A stretch of 64,000 bases of DNA from Candidatus Marinacidobacterales bacterium (GCA_965237955.1 OZ250169.1:5344001-5408000); one strand, 5' to 3'; numbered from the stretch's first letter, positions 34,347-44,980 are shown. Notes: generated from the letters alone by a model not told the origin. Numbers and translations are program-made.

Positions 34347-35219
34347 ATGTACCCAGCGAGCTTTGATTACTACCGGCCGAAGAACTTGAAGGAAGCCATT
34401 GCGCTTCTGCGAAAGAACAAAGATGCGAAGCTTCTCGCGGGCGGGCACAGCTTGCTCCCGGCGATGAAGCTCCGGGTGAGCTCGCCGAGCGCTGTCATCG
34501 ACATCGGGCGCATCAAAGGCCTCGATGGCATCAAGGCGTCGAAATCGAGCGTCAGAATCGGTGGCTTGACGACGCACGCCGCCGTCGAGAGCTCGAAGGA
34601 CGTGCGGAAAGTTTGCCCGGTGCTGGTTGAAGCGGCGGGGCACATCGGCGATCTGCAAGTCCGGAATCGCGGCACCATCGGCGGAAGCCTCGCCCACGCC
34701 GATCCGGCCGCAGACTACCCGACGGTCATGCTCGCGCTCGGGGCCGATATCACCGCAACGGGCGCTCGGGGCAAGCGCAAGATCGCCGCGGACAAGTTCT
34801 TCGTGGACCTATTCACGACAGGTTTGAAGGCGGGCGAGGTGCTCACGGAAGTCAGCGTGCCGGCGATGAAGGCGGGACAAGGTGCCTGCTACTTGAAGCA
34901 CGCGCATCCGGCGTCGAGCTACGCCGTCGTCGGCGTGGCGGCATTCGTGTCCTTGAAGAACGGCGTCGCGAAGGGTGTTCGACTCGCCATCGGCGGTGTG
35001 ACAACGACGCCGATTCTCGTGAGCAGTGTCGACGCTGCGCTGTCGGGGCAGTCCCCATCGGCGGAGGCGATCGCGGACGCGTGCCAATCGGTCCCGGAAG
35101 CTTTGGAGTATCCTCTGGGTGACATCTATGCGTCGGGCGAGTACCGCACCCATCTAGCGACCGTGCTCTCCCGCCGGGCATTGACGGAAGCCTTCAAGAG
35201 AGCCAAGAAGCAGAAGTAA
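34347..35219 (+). CDS. coxM: FAD-binding medium subunit
   Basis: LAGGHSLLPAMK, QVRNRGTIGGSLAHADPAAD. Confidence 0.93.
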   Translation: MYPASFDYYRPKNLKEAIALLRKNKDAKLLAGGHSLLPAMKLRVSSPSAVIDIGRIKGLDGIKASKSSVRIGGLTTHAAVESSKDVRKVCPVLVEAAGHIGDLQVRNRGTIGGSLAHADPAADYPTVMLALGADITATGARGKRKIAADKFFVDLFTTGLKAGEVLTEVSVPAMKAGQGACYLKHAHPASSYAVVGVAAFVSLKNGVAKGVRLAIGGVTTTPILVSSVDAALSGQSPSAEAIADACQSVPEALEYPLGDIYASGEYRTHLATVLSRRALTEAFKRAKKQK

Positions 35220-35224
35220 CCCGT

Positions 35225-36112
35225 TTGAAAATAAAATCCATCGAGGAGCTTCAAGCCCAACTGCGGGACAAGCTCTACATCGCCGATCGCGGCCTAGCAA
35301 CAGCGATCTACCTTGCGCTCAAGCTCGAGCGGCCTCTCTTCTTGGAAGGCGAGGCGGGTGTCGGGAAGACCGAGATCGCCAAAGTGCTCACGGAGCTACT
35401 CGACACCGAGCTCATTCGGCTTCAGTGCTACGAAGGGCTCGACGTCAACCAGGCGGTGTACGAATGGAACTATACGCGCCAGATGATGCATATCCGGCTT
35501 GCCGAAAGCCGAGGCGAGAAGCTCGAAGAAAAAGATCTCTTCGGGTCCGAGTTTTTGTTGAAGCGGCCTCTTCTCAATGCCATCGATGCATCCGCGAAAA
35601 AGGCCCCCGTCCTCCTCATCGACGAAGTCGATCGCAGCGACGAAGAGTTCGAGGCATATCTGCTCGAGCTCCTCTCCGACTTCCAGGTGACGATTCCCGA
35701 GATCGGGACGTTCGAGGCCAAGCGCCGTCCGGTTGTCATCGTTACGTCGAACCGCACCCGTGAAGTGCACGACGCGCTCAAGAGACGCTGCCTGTATTTT
35801 TGGATCGACTACCCGACCTTCCAAAAGGAGCTCGAAATCGTCCGCGCGAAGCTGCCCGAAGCGTCCGAGCGCTTGTCGAGCCAGGTCACGCTGTTCGTCC
35901 AGGAGCTTCGCCGGATGGAGCTCTACAAAGTCCCGGGCGTGGCCGAGACGCTCGATTGGGTCAACGCTCTCCTCGCCTTCGACAAAGTAGCCCTCGACGA
36001 GAGCGTTGTGGAAGACACGTTGGGCGCGCTCCTGAAGTATCGCGACGACGTGGACAAAGTGAGGGGGGACCAGACTCAGGCCATTCTGGGCCGCGTGCAG
36101 GCCGCGGGTTAG
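35225..36112 (+). CDS. coxD: MoxR-family AAA+ ATPase
   Basis: GEAGVGKT, RLQCYEG, LLIDEVD, TSNRTRE. Confidence 0.9.
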   Translation: MKIKSIEELQAQLRDKLYIADRGLATAIYLALKLERPLFLEGEAGVGKTEIAKVLTELLDTELIRLQCYEGLDVNQAVYEWNYTRQMMHIRLAESRGEKLEEKDLFGSEFLLKRPLLNAIDASAKKAPVLLIDEVDRSDEEFEAYLLELLSDFQVTIPEIGTFEAKRRPVVIVTSNRTREVHDALKRRCLYFWIDYPTFQKELEIVRAKLPEASERLSSQVTLFVQELRRMELYKVPGVAETLDWVNALLAFDKVALDESVVEDTLGALLKYRDDVDKVRGDQTQAILGRVQAAG

Positions 36113-36114
36113 TC

Positions 36115-37305
36115 GTGCCAGCTCAGCCAGTTCAGAATGCCAAGAACCCCCATCATCTCCTCAGAAATCTCGTCTTGTTCGGACGCGTGCTCAGAGAGCT
36201 CGGGCTCGACGTCAACCCGGGTCGCATGATCGATCTCGTGCAAGCGCTCTCGCACGTCGACGTTGGGATTCGATCCGACTTCTATCACGCGGCTCGTTCG
36301 CTACTCGTTCATCGCCGCGACGACATTCCGCTCTTCGACGAAGCGTTCGACATGTTCTGGCAAAAGCCTCGCGGCGAGTGGAAGCTTCTCGAGATCCAGG
36401 GCCGCCGCATCCAACGAGCGCGCGCGAAACCGCTCGTCGTGCCTCCCAATGTACGGCCGGAGACGTTTCAAGAACCGCTTCCCCCCCTTCCCGATGCCGC
36501 CGAGACACGGCAGGTCATCGAGCTCACGAAAACCTACAGCGCGCGGGAGGCTCTGAGGAAGCGCGACTTTTCCGATCTGAGTGACGACGAGCTCGAAGAA
36601 GTACGACAGCTGATAGCCGGGCTCGTATGGAAGCTGGGCGAGCGCATCTCCCGGCGCCATCGCGTGGGGCGTGGGGACCGCCTCGATTTGCGGCGTACTC
36701 TTCGACAGAGTTTGCGCTACGGCGGTGAGGTGCTGACGTTCGCTCGCCGTGAGCCGCGGCGAAAACCGCGCCCCCTCGTCGTCATTGCCGATATCAGCGG
36801 CTCGATGGAGCGCTACACGCGGCTCCTGCTCCACTTCATTTACAGCTTGACGCAAGGGTTGAAACAGCGCGTGGAAGCGTTTGCGTTCGGAACACGGCTC
36901 ACGCGGTTGAGCCGGCACATGCGCCAGCGCGACGTCGAGCGGGCGCTCTCCGGCGTCTCGCACGCGGTCACCGACTGGTCGGGCGGCACGCGTATCGGCG
37001 AGAGTCTCGAGACCTTCAACTACGACTGGGCACGACGGGTCCTCGGTGGTGGCGCCGTCGTCCTCCTTATTAGTGATGGCTGGGACCGCGGGGATGCCGA
37101 GCTTCTTTCCAAGGAAGTCGACCGGCTGCGGCGGAGCTGCCATCGTTTGATTTGGCTCAACCCGCTTCTGGGCTCTCCCGAGTACGAGCCTTTGACTCGC
37201 GGTATGGTGGCGGCACTTCCTTATGTAGACGACTTCCTATCGGTGCATAATATGGAGAGCCTTGAGGAGCTTGCCCGGCATCTAGAAAGGCTTGAACGCC
37301 GATGA
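36115..37305 (+). CDS. coxE: VWA-domain protein
   Basis: DISGSM MIDAS, WSGGTRIG, SDGWD, WLNPL. Confidence 0.9.
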   Translation: MPAQPVQNAKNPHHLLRNLVLFGRVLRELGLDVNPGRMIDLVQALSHVDVGIRSDFYHAARSLLVHRRDDIPLFDEAFDMFWQKPRGEWKLLEIQGRRIQRARAKPLVVPPNVRPETFQEPLPPLPDAAETRQVIELTKTYSAREALRKRDFSDLSDDELEEVRQLIAGLVWKLGERISRRHRVGRGDRLDLRRTLRQSLRYGGEVLTFARREPRRKPRPLVVIADISGSMERYTRLLLHFIYSLTQGLKQRVEAFAFGTRLTRLSRHMRQRDVERALSGVSHAVTDWSGGTRIGESLETFNYDWARRVLGGGAVVLLISDGWDRGDAELLSKEVDRLRRSCHRLIWLNPLLGSPEYEPLTRGMVAALPYVDDFLSVHNMESLEELARHLERLERR

Positions 37306-38312
37306 GTATTCGAGACATTGCCGCCGACGTCGACCGCTGGCGCGACGAGGGCGAAGACGTTGCTTTGGCGACGGTCGTCCGGACTTGGGGCTCCGGGCCA
37401 CGCGGTCCCGGCGCCAAAATGGCGATGACCAAGGACGCGCGTATCGCGGGCTCGGTCAGCGGGGGCTGTGTGGAATCTGCCGTCGTCGAGGAGGGGCGCG
37501 AGGTTCTCGAGACCGGCAAGCCAAAGCTTCTCCGATTCGGCGTGAGCGATGAGACCGCGTGGGACGTCGGGCTTTCGTGCGGCGGGACGATCGAAATCTT
37601 CGTCGAAGCCCTGACCGACGCGACCTACGAGCCGCTCAGGAGCGCGTTCGAGGAAGAGCGCGCGATTGCGAAGGCCACGGTCATCAAGGGCGAGCCCCTG
37701 GGGCAGACGGTCGTCGTCGACGATGGCACATCTGATGAGAGCGCGATTGCCGAAGCCGCACGAAAGGCTCTCGACAACGGGCGCTCCGAGCACGTTTCGA
37801 TAAACGAGCTCGAGCTCGAAGTGTTCGTCGATGTCGAGCTGCCGCCGCCGGTGCTGGTCATGGTGGGCGGGGTGCATGTCGCGGTCGCGTTGACGTCGAT
37901 AGCGGACGCGCTCGGCTATCGAACCGTCATCGTCGACCCGCGTGGTGTTTTCGGAAGCGAAGAGCGGTTTCCTCACGCGGGCGAGCTCATCCGCGAATGG
38001 CCGGACAAGGCGCTGAAGAAGCTGACCATCAACCGATCGACCGCCATTGCCACGCTTACCCACGATCCGAAGCTGGATGACCCGGCACTGGAAGTCGCTC
38101 TCCCGAGCCAAGCATTCTACGTTGGCGCCCTCGGCAGCAAGCGAACTCACGAGAAGCGCCGGCGCCGTCTTCTGGAGCGAGGAGTCACCGAAGAAGAGCT
38201 CGCGCGCGTGCACGCGCCCATCGGGTTATCCATTGGCTCGCGTTCTCCCGAAGAAATCGCGCTGTCGGTGATGGCGCAAATCGTTGCCACCCGCAACGGA
38301 GTGGCTCCCTAA
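37302..38312 (+). CDS. xdhC: XdhC/CoxF-family Moco insertion factor
   Basis: GSVSGGCVE, GLSCGG, THDPKLD, YVGALGS, PIGL..PEEIA. Confidence 0.9.
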   Translation: MSIRDIAADVDRWRDEGEDVALATVVRTWGSGPRGPGAKMAMTKDARIAGSVSGGCVESAVVEEGREVLETGKPKLLRFGVSDETAWDVGLSCGGTIEIFVEALTDATYEPLRSAFEEERAIAKATVIKGEPLGQTVVVDDGTSDESAIAEAARKALDNGRSEHVSINELELEVFVDVELPPPVLVMVGGVHVAVALTSIADALGYRTVIVDPRGVFGSEERFPHAGELIREWPDKALKKLTINRSTAIATLTHDPKLDDPALEVALPSQAFYVGALGSKRTHEKRRRRLLERGVTEEELARVHAPIGLSIGSRSPEEIALSVMAQIVATRNGVAP

Positions 38313-38313
38313 A

Positions 38314-39336
38314 ATGATGAAACGATTGTTCCTGCTGACGCTCTTCGCCTCGTCTTCCGCGCTTGCCGAAGAGCCCAATCAGCGCACTTTCGAGTTCACT
38401 TACATCGCGGAGCTCGACGTTCCCGAGGGCTCGGGGCGCGTGCAGATGTGGTTGCCGTATCCCAAGAGCGACGACTACCAAGACGTGCGGCTTCTCAGTA
38501 TCAAGTCACCGGTGCCGACGAAGCTCTATCAGGAGTACAGCTATCGGAACTCGATGTTGTTTCTCTCGATGCCTCCGGATAAGCTCGAGGGGCTCGACAA
38601 GCTCGACAAGCTCCGGGTCGAGATGTCGTTCCGGGTGATCCGGCGGGAGCACGCAGAACGCGATTTCGTGGCGCTCGAAGATCCGGACGGCTGGATCGAG
38701 TCGAGCGCGTCGAGATGGCTACGCCCCGACCGCCTCGTACCGCTCGACGATTTCATTCGCGACCAAGCCGAAGAGGTGACAGAAGGGAAGACCACCGTCG
38801 TCGAAAAAGCGAAGGCGATTTTCGACTACACCGTCGACAACTTGGAGTACGACAAGAGCGGCACGGGGTGGGGCCAAGGCGACATCTACTATGCGTGCGA
38901 CAAAAAGCGTGGCAACTGTACCGACTTCCATGCCGTGTTCATCGGGTTCGCGCGCGCCGTGGGGATTCCGGCGAAGTTTCAGATCGGGTTTCCCATCCCG
39001 ACGGCCTCGACAGCCTCGACAGCCTCGACAGATCGACGCGAAGCGGAGATCGCCGGCTATCACTGTTGGGCCGAATTCTATGTTCCCGGCTTCGGCTGGG
39101 TTCCGGTCGACACCTCACAAGCCCATCTGAACCCGGACAAGCGCGACTACTTCTTCGGTGCGCATGACGCGAACCGCATCGAGTTCACGGTTGGCCGAGA
39201 CATTACGCTCAACCCCAAGCAGTCCGTTCAGCCTCTGAACTACTTCATCTATCCCTACGCCGAGATCGACGGAAAGCCGGCCGGTGACGTTCGACGACAG
39301 TTCTTCTACAAGGACCTCGACCTCGTGGCGGAGTGA
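38314..39336 (+). CDS. Secreted transglutaminase-like protein
   Basis: Signal peptide; GNCTDFH, YHCWAEFY, WVPVD catalytic triad. Confidence 0.9.
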   Translation: MMKRLFLLTLFASSSALAEEPNQRTFEFTYIAELDVPEGSGRVQMWLPYPKSDDYQDVRLLSIKSPVPTKLYQEYSYRNSMLFLSMPPDKLEGLDKLDKLRVEMSFRVIRREHAERDFVALEDPDGWIESSASRWLRPDRLVPLDDFIRDQAEEVTEGKTTVVEKAKAIFDYTVDNLEYDKSGTGWGQGDIYYACDKKRGNCTDFHAVFIGFARAVGIPAKFQIGFPIPTASTASTASTDRREAEIAGYHCWAEFYVPGFGWVPVDTSQAHLNPDKRDYFFGAHDANRIEFTVGRDITLNPKQSVQPLNYFIYPYAEIDGKPAGDVRRQFFYKDLDLVAE

Positions 39337-40567
39337 AGCGCTCCTCACCGCGCTTCTCGTTACCGGCTCCACGCTGGTCTACTTCTATCGCCCTCAGATA
39401 GCGGATGAGCGGCGTTTCATTCTTACGCTGGCGGCAGCCGGGTTTTTCTTCGCTCCGATATCGAACCGGCCGCTCAGCCTGCTAATCTGGTTCCCGGCGG
39501 TCGCGCTTACGGCGTGGGGCGGGCGATTCGCCGCGATTGGCGATGGGGATCTCTGGCTCTGGCTCGCGTGCTCGATCGTAGGTGCCACCTGCGCGGTCCG
39601 TGCCGGCGGGCGCGCGGCAACGTACTACTTGCCGGTCGCGGGTAACGAAGCCGGCGTCACGATGAGGCGCACTATCCGGTTCGACTTGCAGATTTCGTTT
39701 CTTCTGTTCGCGGTCGTTTTCATCGGGGACGGATTCGAGACTATCTACCCTTTCGTCCGCGCCGTCGTCCTTCTGTTGTCAGCCGTGTGGTTTCTGCGGT
39801 ATCTGCTGTTGCAAGCCAAGTACCTCCGAGTTTCCGTGAAGCGGCTCGGGATGACCGGACTCGTACCGGCCCAGCGATGGCCGCTTCTGATCGTGGTGCT
39901 GGTCATGGGAGCGACTTGCGTTCCCGACCGATGGCTGCCCGGCGGTGATGACGGCCCGGTGTTGATGACATCGATGCTGGTTTTGATCCTCGCCGGTCTG
40001 ATCTTCGCCATGGCTCTGGTTCGATTGGGATGGCCGAGGCCGTTGATGCGTAAGACGAGCTTTCTGGCGGGAATGGGACTCGCTGTCGCGCTCGCCGCGG
40101 TCGTCGTCGAGCTGGTCGCGTGGGGCCCGGCCCGGTTCACGGCGTTTACCACGCTTTGTATGTTCGTGCTCCTTGTGGTGCCGTTCGCCCACACCACGAC
40201 GAAGCTATTCGACCCGTATCCACACGCGTCGGACCTCATCGGGCCACCGGTGCTATCGGTGATGGTCGCCCCTCTCACGGCGATGAACGGCTGGCGGTGG
40301 GAGCTGACGTCGACGGGCTTTTTGTTCGCATTCGCGGTGGTGATGCTCATCTACCATTTTGTCGTGGCCACTCGAGAGGGCTTCGGCGGACGTGTCTATC
40401 TGGCGGCCTCGCTCGCCGCGCTCGCGATTCTGTTTTTCTCGAACGGCACCGCATGGGCGGAGAGCGGAGCCGCGTGGAAGGTTTTCCTCATCGCGCTCGG
40501 CTTCTTGCTCTACGCCGTGGACGTGCGAGATCGTGCCGCGAATGTGGCGAAGCTCGCGCGAGCGTGA
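39284..40567 (+). CDS. Uncharacterised polytopic membrane protein (start uncertain)
   Basis: Long ORF with many hydrophobic segments, overlapping both neighbours. Confidence 0.7.
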   Translation: MTFDDSSSTRTSTSWRSEALLTALLVTGSTLVYFYRPQIADERRFILTLAAAGFFFAPISNRPLSLLIWFPAVALTAWGGRFAAIGDGDLWLWLACSIVGATCAVRAGGRAATYYLPVAGNEAGVTMRRTIRFDLQISFLLFAVVFIGDGFETIYPFVRAVVLLLSAVWFLRYLLLQAKYLRVSVKRLGMTGLVPAQRWPLLIVVLVMGATCVPDRWLPGGDDGPVLMTSMLVLILAGLIFAMALVRLGWPRPLMRKTSFLAGMGLAVALAAVVVELVAWGPARFTAFTTLCMFVLLVVPFAHTTTKLFDPYPHASDLIGPPVLSVMVAPLTAMNGWRWELTSTGFLFAFAVVMLIYHFVVATREGFGGRVYLAASLAALAILFFSNGTAWAESGAAWKVFLIALGFLLYAVDVRDRAANVAKLARA

Positions 40568-40593
40568 AAAAAATCCAGCCAGACAGAGAAGAC

Positions 40594-41286
40594 ATGACCA
40601 ACAAACACCCTGGTCTTCTCATCCTCCGGTTCGACAACGTCTCCAAGCATTACCGTCAGCCGAGCGGCGATGTTCTGAAGGCGCTCGACGACGTGTCGTT
40701 CGAGATCAGCGCGGGAAAGAAGCTCGCAATCACGGGACGTAGCGGTAGCGGTAAATCGACGCTCTTGCACCTCGCTGCCGGCATCGACGTGCCGAGCGCA
40801 GGCGTGGTCTCGTTGCTCGGGCGCGACCTCGGTGGCCTCAGTGATCGAGAGCGCACTCTCGTCCGCCGTGACGACATCGGTTTGGTCTTTCAGTTCTTCT
40901 ATCTGCTGCCGCACCTCACCGTCTGGGAAAACGTCGCGCTTCCGGGATGGATCGCATCGGATAAATCCTTCGAAATGCGGACGCGAGAGCTTCTCGAGCG
41001 CGTCGGGCTCGCGGAACAAGCGACGCAGGCGGCGTCGAAGTTGAGCGGTGGAGAGATGCAGCGGGTCGCGATTTGTCGCGCGCTGTTGCGGAAGCCACGA
41101 CTGCTGCTTGCGGACGAGCCCACCGGAAACCTGGACGACGAGAACTCGGAGCTCGTGATGGACCTGCTCATGAAGCTCGTCGATGAGGAGGGCGGCGCGT
41201 TGCTCTACGTCACCCACAGCGATGAGCAAGCAGCGCAAGCGGATGAACGCCTCAGCCTCCATAGCGGAAAGCTCGAGCGGACGTGA
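40594..41286 (+). CDS. ABC transporter ATP-binding protein (LolD/AttE-like)
   Basis: GRSGSGKST, LSGGEMQR, LLADEPTGNLD; alternative GTG start at 40564. Confidence 0.93.
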   Translation: MTNKHPGLLILRFDNVSKHYRQPSGDVLKALDDVSFEISAGKKLAITGRSGSGKSTLLHLAAGIDVPSAGVVSLLGRDLGGLSDRERTLVRRDDIGLVFQFFYLLPHLTVWENVALPGWIASDKSFEMRTRELLERVGLAEQATQAASKLSGGEMQRVAICRALLRKPRLLLADEPTGNLDDENSELVMDLLMKLVDEEGGALLYVTHSDEQAAQADERLSLHSGKLERT

Positions 41287-43799
41287 CCCGGTATTTCTTT
41301 CGTGCGCTGAGGGCACAGCTCACAGGCGGTTTTAGCCTTTTTGCGCTGAGCCTGTTCGGTGTGGCTCTCGGCGTGGCGTCCGTGGTCTCGATCCAAATCA
41401 TCAACCTCAACGCGCTGGGTGCGTTCCGCGGCAGCATGCACGCGGTAAGCGGCGATGCCGACCTGAGCCTGTTGGGAAAGATGCCGGTGCTTCCCGAGAG
41501 CGTGTACCCCGAAGTCCTGGCGACGCCCGGCGTCGCAGCCGCGTGGCCGCTCTACCGGATCGACGTCAGGCTCATGGATGACGAGCCGATATTCCTTCAG
41601 GTCATTGGCGTCGACTTCTTCACCCCTATCGACATCCCGTGGGAAGGCGAAGCGGTCGATCTGTCGGACGCGCTAGCTCGAGTGGGATGGGTCGCGGTGA
41701 CGCCAACGCTTGCGCGCGAGCGTGGCTGGGAAGTGGGAGATCGTTTCGAGGTCAGCATCGGTACCCGCAAAGCCGAGCGCGTCATCGGAGCGCTCTCGGA
41801 TTTCCAAAAGGCGACACCGGCCGCGAGCCCGCGTCTCGCGGTGATGGATATCGCCCAGGCACAATCCCTGCTGGGCTCTCGCGGGGAGTTCCATCAGATC
41901 GACGTCAAGCTTCGAGCCGACGTAGATCGTCACCTCGTCGTTGCCGCGTTGGAGCGGAAGCTGGGGTCGAAGGCATTGGTCCTGACACCGGAGCAGCGTG
42001 AGCAGCAGGCGGCGGATCTACTGAGCGCGTTCCGGCTCAACTTGACGGCGTTGAGCCTCATCAGCTTGTTCGTCGGGGGCTTTCTCGTTTACAGCAGCAC
42101 CCAGGCAGCGCTCGTGCGGAGGCGTACCGAGTTTGGGCTGTTGCGATCGCTCGGCGCCACGCACCGGCAAGTCTTCGGTCTCCTTGTAGGTGACGTCGCG
42201 CTTCTCGGCTTCACCGGCGTCGCGGTGGGCATGCCCCTTGGGTATCTGGTCGCGCGTGCGAACATCGATCGCGTCAGTGCGACAGTGTCGAACCTGTACC
42301 TGCTCGAAGAGATTCACCAACTCGTCGTGCCGCCGTGGTTTTTCATCCTCGGCGCCGCCGTTGGACTCTTGGGTGCCGGGCTCGGCGCTCTCATGCCGGC
42401 ACTCGAGCTCGGTCGTCGCGACACGCGATCGCTTCTCGCTGCGTTCTCGCTCCACGAGCGTGTGGGCGAGAATGCACCGCGACTTTTCGTCGCCGGCGTC
42501 GTGTGCGTGCTTGCGGTGGTCGCTGTCTACCTCATCGCGGGCGACAGGTGGCGTCCCGCGGGTTTTCTCCAAGCGTTCCTTTTGATCGTGAGTATCCCGT
42601 TACTGGCGCCGCTCCTCGTTCAGATGGCGACCGCACACGTACGCGTCGAGTCTTTCGGTTTCATCTATGGCGTCAAGGGACTCGGAAAACAGCTCCAGAC
42701 GACTCCAGTCGCGGTCGCCGCGCTCGCAATCGCGGTGAGCATGGTCACAGGCGTCACCACGATGGTATCGAGCTTTCGCGAGACCCTCGATATCTGGATC
42801 GACAGCACCGTCCGCGCCGATATCTATGTCTCGACTCCGTCGGGACGCCGATCGGGATCGAACGCGGCCATCGATGACGACGTTCTCGAGAGGCTGAGGC
42901 GCGAGGCGGCGGTCACGCATGTGGACCGGATGCGTCAGTTTTTTGCGCATACCAACGGGCGACGGTTCTCTCTCGCAGGCGTCGATTCGAGCGTGCCTCG
43001 TGACCGCGCCCGGTTCGCGCTTCTAGAAGGCGAGGGCGAGATGAATGAGCTTCCCCGGAGCTCGGTTCTGGTCGGTGAGCCGCTTGCACGTAAAGAGGGC
43101 TTGCACGTGGGCGACGATCTCGTCGTGGACGGACCCGAAGGTCCGGTGCGGCTTCCCATCGCCGGTATCTACTACGACTACAGTGGCGAGCTCGGTTCGG
43201 CGTTCATGCATCTGGACACGATGGCGGAGCACTTCGGAGAGGGACCGGTCAACAACATCGCCTTATACATCACACCCGAATCGGATGCGGAGAGAGTCGT
43301 CGACGAGCTCAAGAGTCATTTCGCCGGCACCCCGATCAACTTTCGCAGCAACCGCGGCTTGCGAGAGCGAGCGATGCGGGTCTTCGACCAGACGTTCGCG
43401 ATTACCCGCCTGCTGCGCTACATGAGCCTTCTCATCGCAGTCTGCGGGGTGGCACTGACGCTCATCGTGCTCGCGCGAGAGCGCTCGGCAGCGCTGGCGC
43501 TTTATCGAGCGCTCGGGGCGTCGCGGCTCCAGATTTTTCGCGTCTACCTCGGCAAAGGTCTCGGCATGGGCATTTTCGGCATCGCGCTCGGCTCCATCGC
43601 CGGCGTCGCGTTCTCGTTCATTCTCATTTTCGTCGTCAACCGGGCCTTTTTCGGTTGGACGATTGCCGTTCATTGGCCGGTCGGATTGCTGGCGTGGCAA
43701 AGTGGCCTCGTTTTGATGGCCTCTGCGGCCGCGAGTTTGTATCCCGCGATGGTTGCCAGCAGGACGCCGGCGACGGAGCTACGACGGGAGGACTTGTAG
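41283..43799 (+). CDS. FtsX/MacB-like double ABC permease (AttF/G-like)
   Basis: GVALGVA, AFRLNLTALS, FDQTFAIT; two permease halves. Confidence 0.9.
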   Translation: MTRYFFRALRAQLTGGFSLFALSLFGVALGVASVVSIQIINLNALGAFRGSMHAVSGDADLSLLGKMPVLPESVYPEVLATPGVAAAWPLYRIDVRLMDDEPIFLQVIGVDFFTPIDIPWEGEAVDLSDALARVGWVAVTPTLARERGWEVGDRFEVSIGTRKAERVIGALSDFQKATPAASPRLAVMDIAQAQSLLGSRGEFHQIDVKLRADVDRHLVVAALERKLGSKALVLTPEQREQQAADLLSAFRLNLTALSLISLFVGGFLVYSSTQAALVRRRTEFGLLRSLGATHRQVFGLLVGDVALLGFTGVAVGMPLGYLVARANIDRVSATVSNLYLLEEIHQLVVPPWFFILGAAVGLLGAGLGALMPALELGRRDTRSLLAAFSLHERVGENAPRLFVAGVVCVLAVVAVYLIAGDRWRPAGFLQAFLLIVSIPLLAPLLVQMATAHVRVESFGFIYGVKGLGKQLQTTPVAVAALAIAVSMVTGVTTMVSSFRETLDIWIDSTVRADIYVSTPSGRRSGSNAAIDDDVLERLRREAAVTHVDRMRQFFAHTNGRRFSLAGVDSSVPRDRARFALLEGEGEMNELPRSSVLVGEPLARKEGLHVGDDLVVDGPEGPVRLPIAGIYYDYSGELGSAFMHLDTMAEHFGEGPVNNIALYITPESDAERVVDELKSHFAGTPINFRSNRGLRERAMRVFDQTFAITRLLRYMSLLIAVCGVALTLIVLARERSAALALYRALGASRLQIFRVYLGKGLGMGIFGIALGSIAGVAFSFILIFVVNRAFFGWTIAVHWPVGLLAWQSGLVLMASAAASLYPAMVASRTPATELRREDL

Positions 43800-43800
43800 C

Positions 43801-44901
43801 GTGGTGCGAGTTGCTTTGTTCCTGTTCCTGACGATCGCGGCGACCGAGTGGAAAGTCGCTGTTCCGGATTATCAATGGGCGTTTCCTCGAGACCACTGGG
43901 CCCATGACGGCTACCGCACCGAGTGGTGGTATTTCACTGGCCAGCTCGAAGCAGAGGACGCGAGCCGGCGCTTCGGTTATCAGTTTACGTTCTTTCGCAT
44001 CGGCGTTTTGGACGAGCGTCCCGAGCTCGACTCCGACTGGACGTCGACGAGCGTCATCATGGGCCATGCCGCGATGACCGATCTCGCGTCGGGCGAGCAC
44101 GTGTTTGCCGAAGTGTTCTATCGGGAGACGCCGCTCCTCGCCCAGTTCAGTTCGTTCAGCGCGTACCCGGAGCCGCGCATCGGATGGTCGCGTGGTCCGG
44201 CCGGCACTGGCGATCTATGGACGCTCGATTGGAACGGGAATGGCTTCGACGTCTCCGCTCGCGACGTGCAGCAAGGGATGGGTTTTCGACTCGAGACCAC
44301 GGCCACGAAGCCTCTCGTGTTCCAAGGCCCCGATGGCTTCAGCCGCAAAGGCGACGAGTCGGGTGCCGCGAGTCAGTACTACAGCTTGACGCGTCTTTCG
44401 ACGAGCGGGGAGGTCGAGCTCGGCGGTGAGCGTTTTCGGGTTACCGGCGAGAGCTGGATGGACAAGGAGTTCAGCTCGTCGCACCTTGCCGAGAATCAAA
44501 TCGGATGGGATTGGTTCAGCCTCCAGCTCGACGACGGCCTGGATCTGATGCTCTATCGCATGCGGGAGGCTGACGGCACCGTTGACTATGCGAGCGGCAC
44601 TCTCATCGATGCCGAGGGTGTAGCCGTGTACCTGACGATGCATGATTTCGACGTCGACGTTTTGGAGCATTGGACGAGCCCGGAGACGGGCGCGCGTTAT
44701 CCATCGCGTTGGCGGATTCGACTACACGAGGCGGAGCTCGAGCTCGAGGTTCGCGGCCTTGCGGCCGACCAGGAGAACCGAAGTCGTCTGCCAGGTGGCG
44801 TGTACTATTGGGAGGGCGCGGTGGAAGTGTCTGGCGGAGCAGGGGGCCGCGGTTTCGTCGAGCTCGCCGGCTACGGCGAGGGCAACCGACCGCCGGTTTG
44901 A
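43801..44901 (+). CDS. Lipocalin-like AttH/CrtC-family protein
   Basis: FPRDH..TEWWYFTG, QFTFFR, WMDKE, GWDWFS, YWEG. Confidence 0.88.
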   Translation: MVRVALFLFLTIAATEWKVAVPDYQWAFPRDHWAHDGYRTEWWYFTGQLEAEDASRRFGYQFTFFRIGVLDERPELDSDWTSTSVIMGHAAMTDLASGEHVFAEVFYRETPLLAQFSSFSAYPEPRIGWSRGPAGTGDLWTLDWNGNGFDVSARDVQQGMGFRLETTATKPLVFQGPDGFSRKGDESGAASQYYSLTRLSTSGEVELGGERFRVTGESWMDKEFSSSHLAENQIGWDWFSLQLDDGLDLMLYRMREADGTVDYASGTLIDAEGVAVYLTMHDFDVDVLEHWTSPETGARYPSRWRIRLHEAELELEVRGLAADQENRSRLPGGVYYWEGAVEVSGGAGGRGFVELAGYGEGNRPPV

Positions 44902-44980
44902 GGGATGCTGAGTTAGACAGGGAAAAGGATGCGGTGGTAGACTCGCGCCACAATTTTCTGAAGCTTACCTAGGAGGGGAA

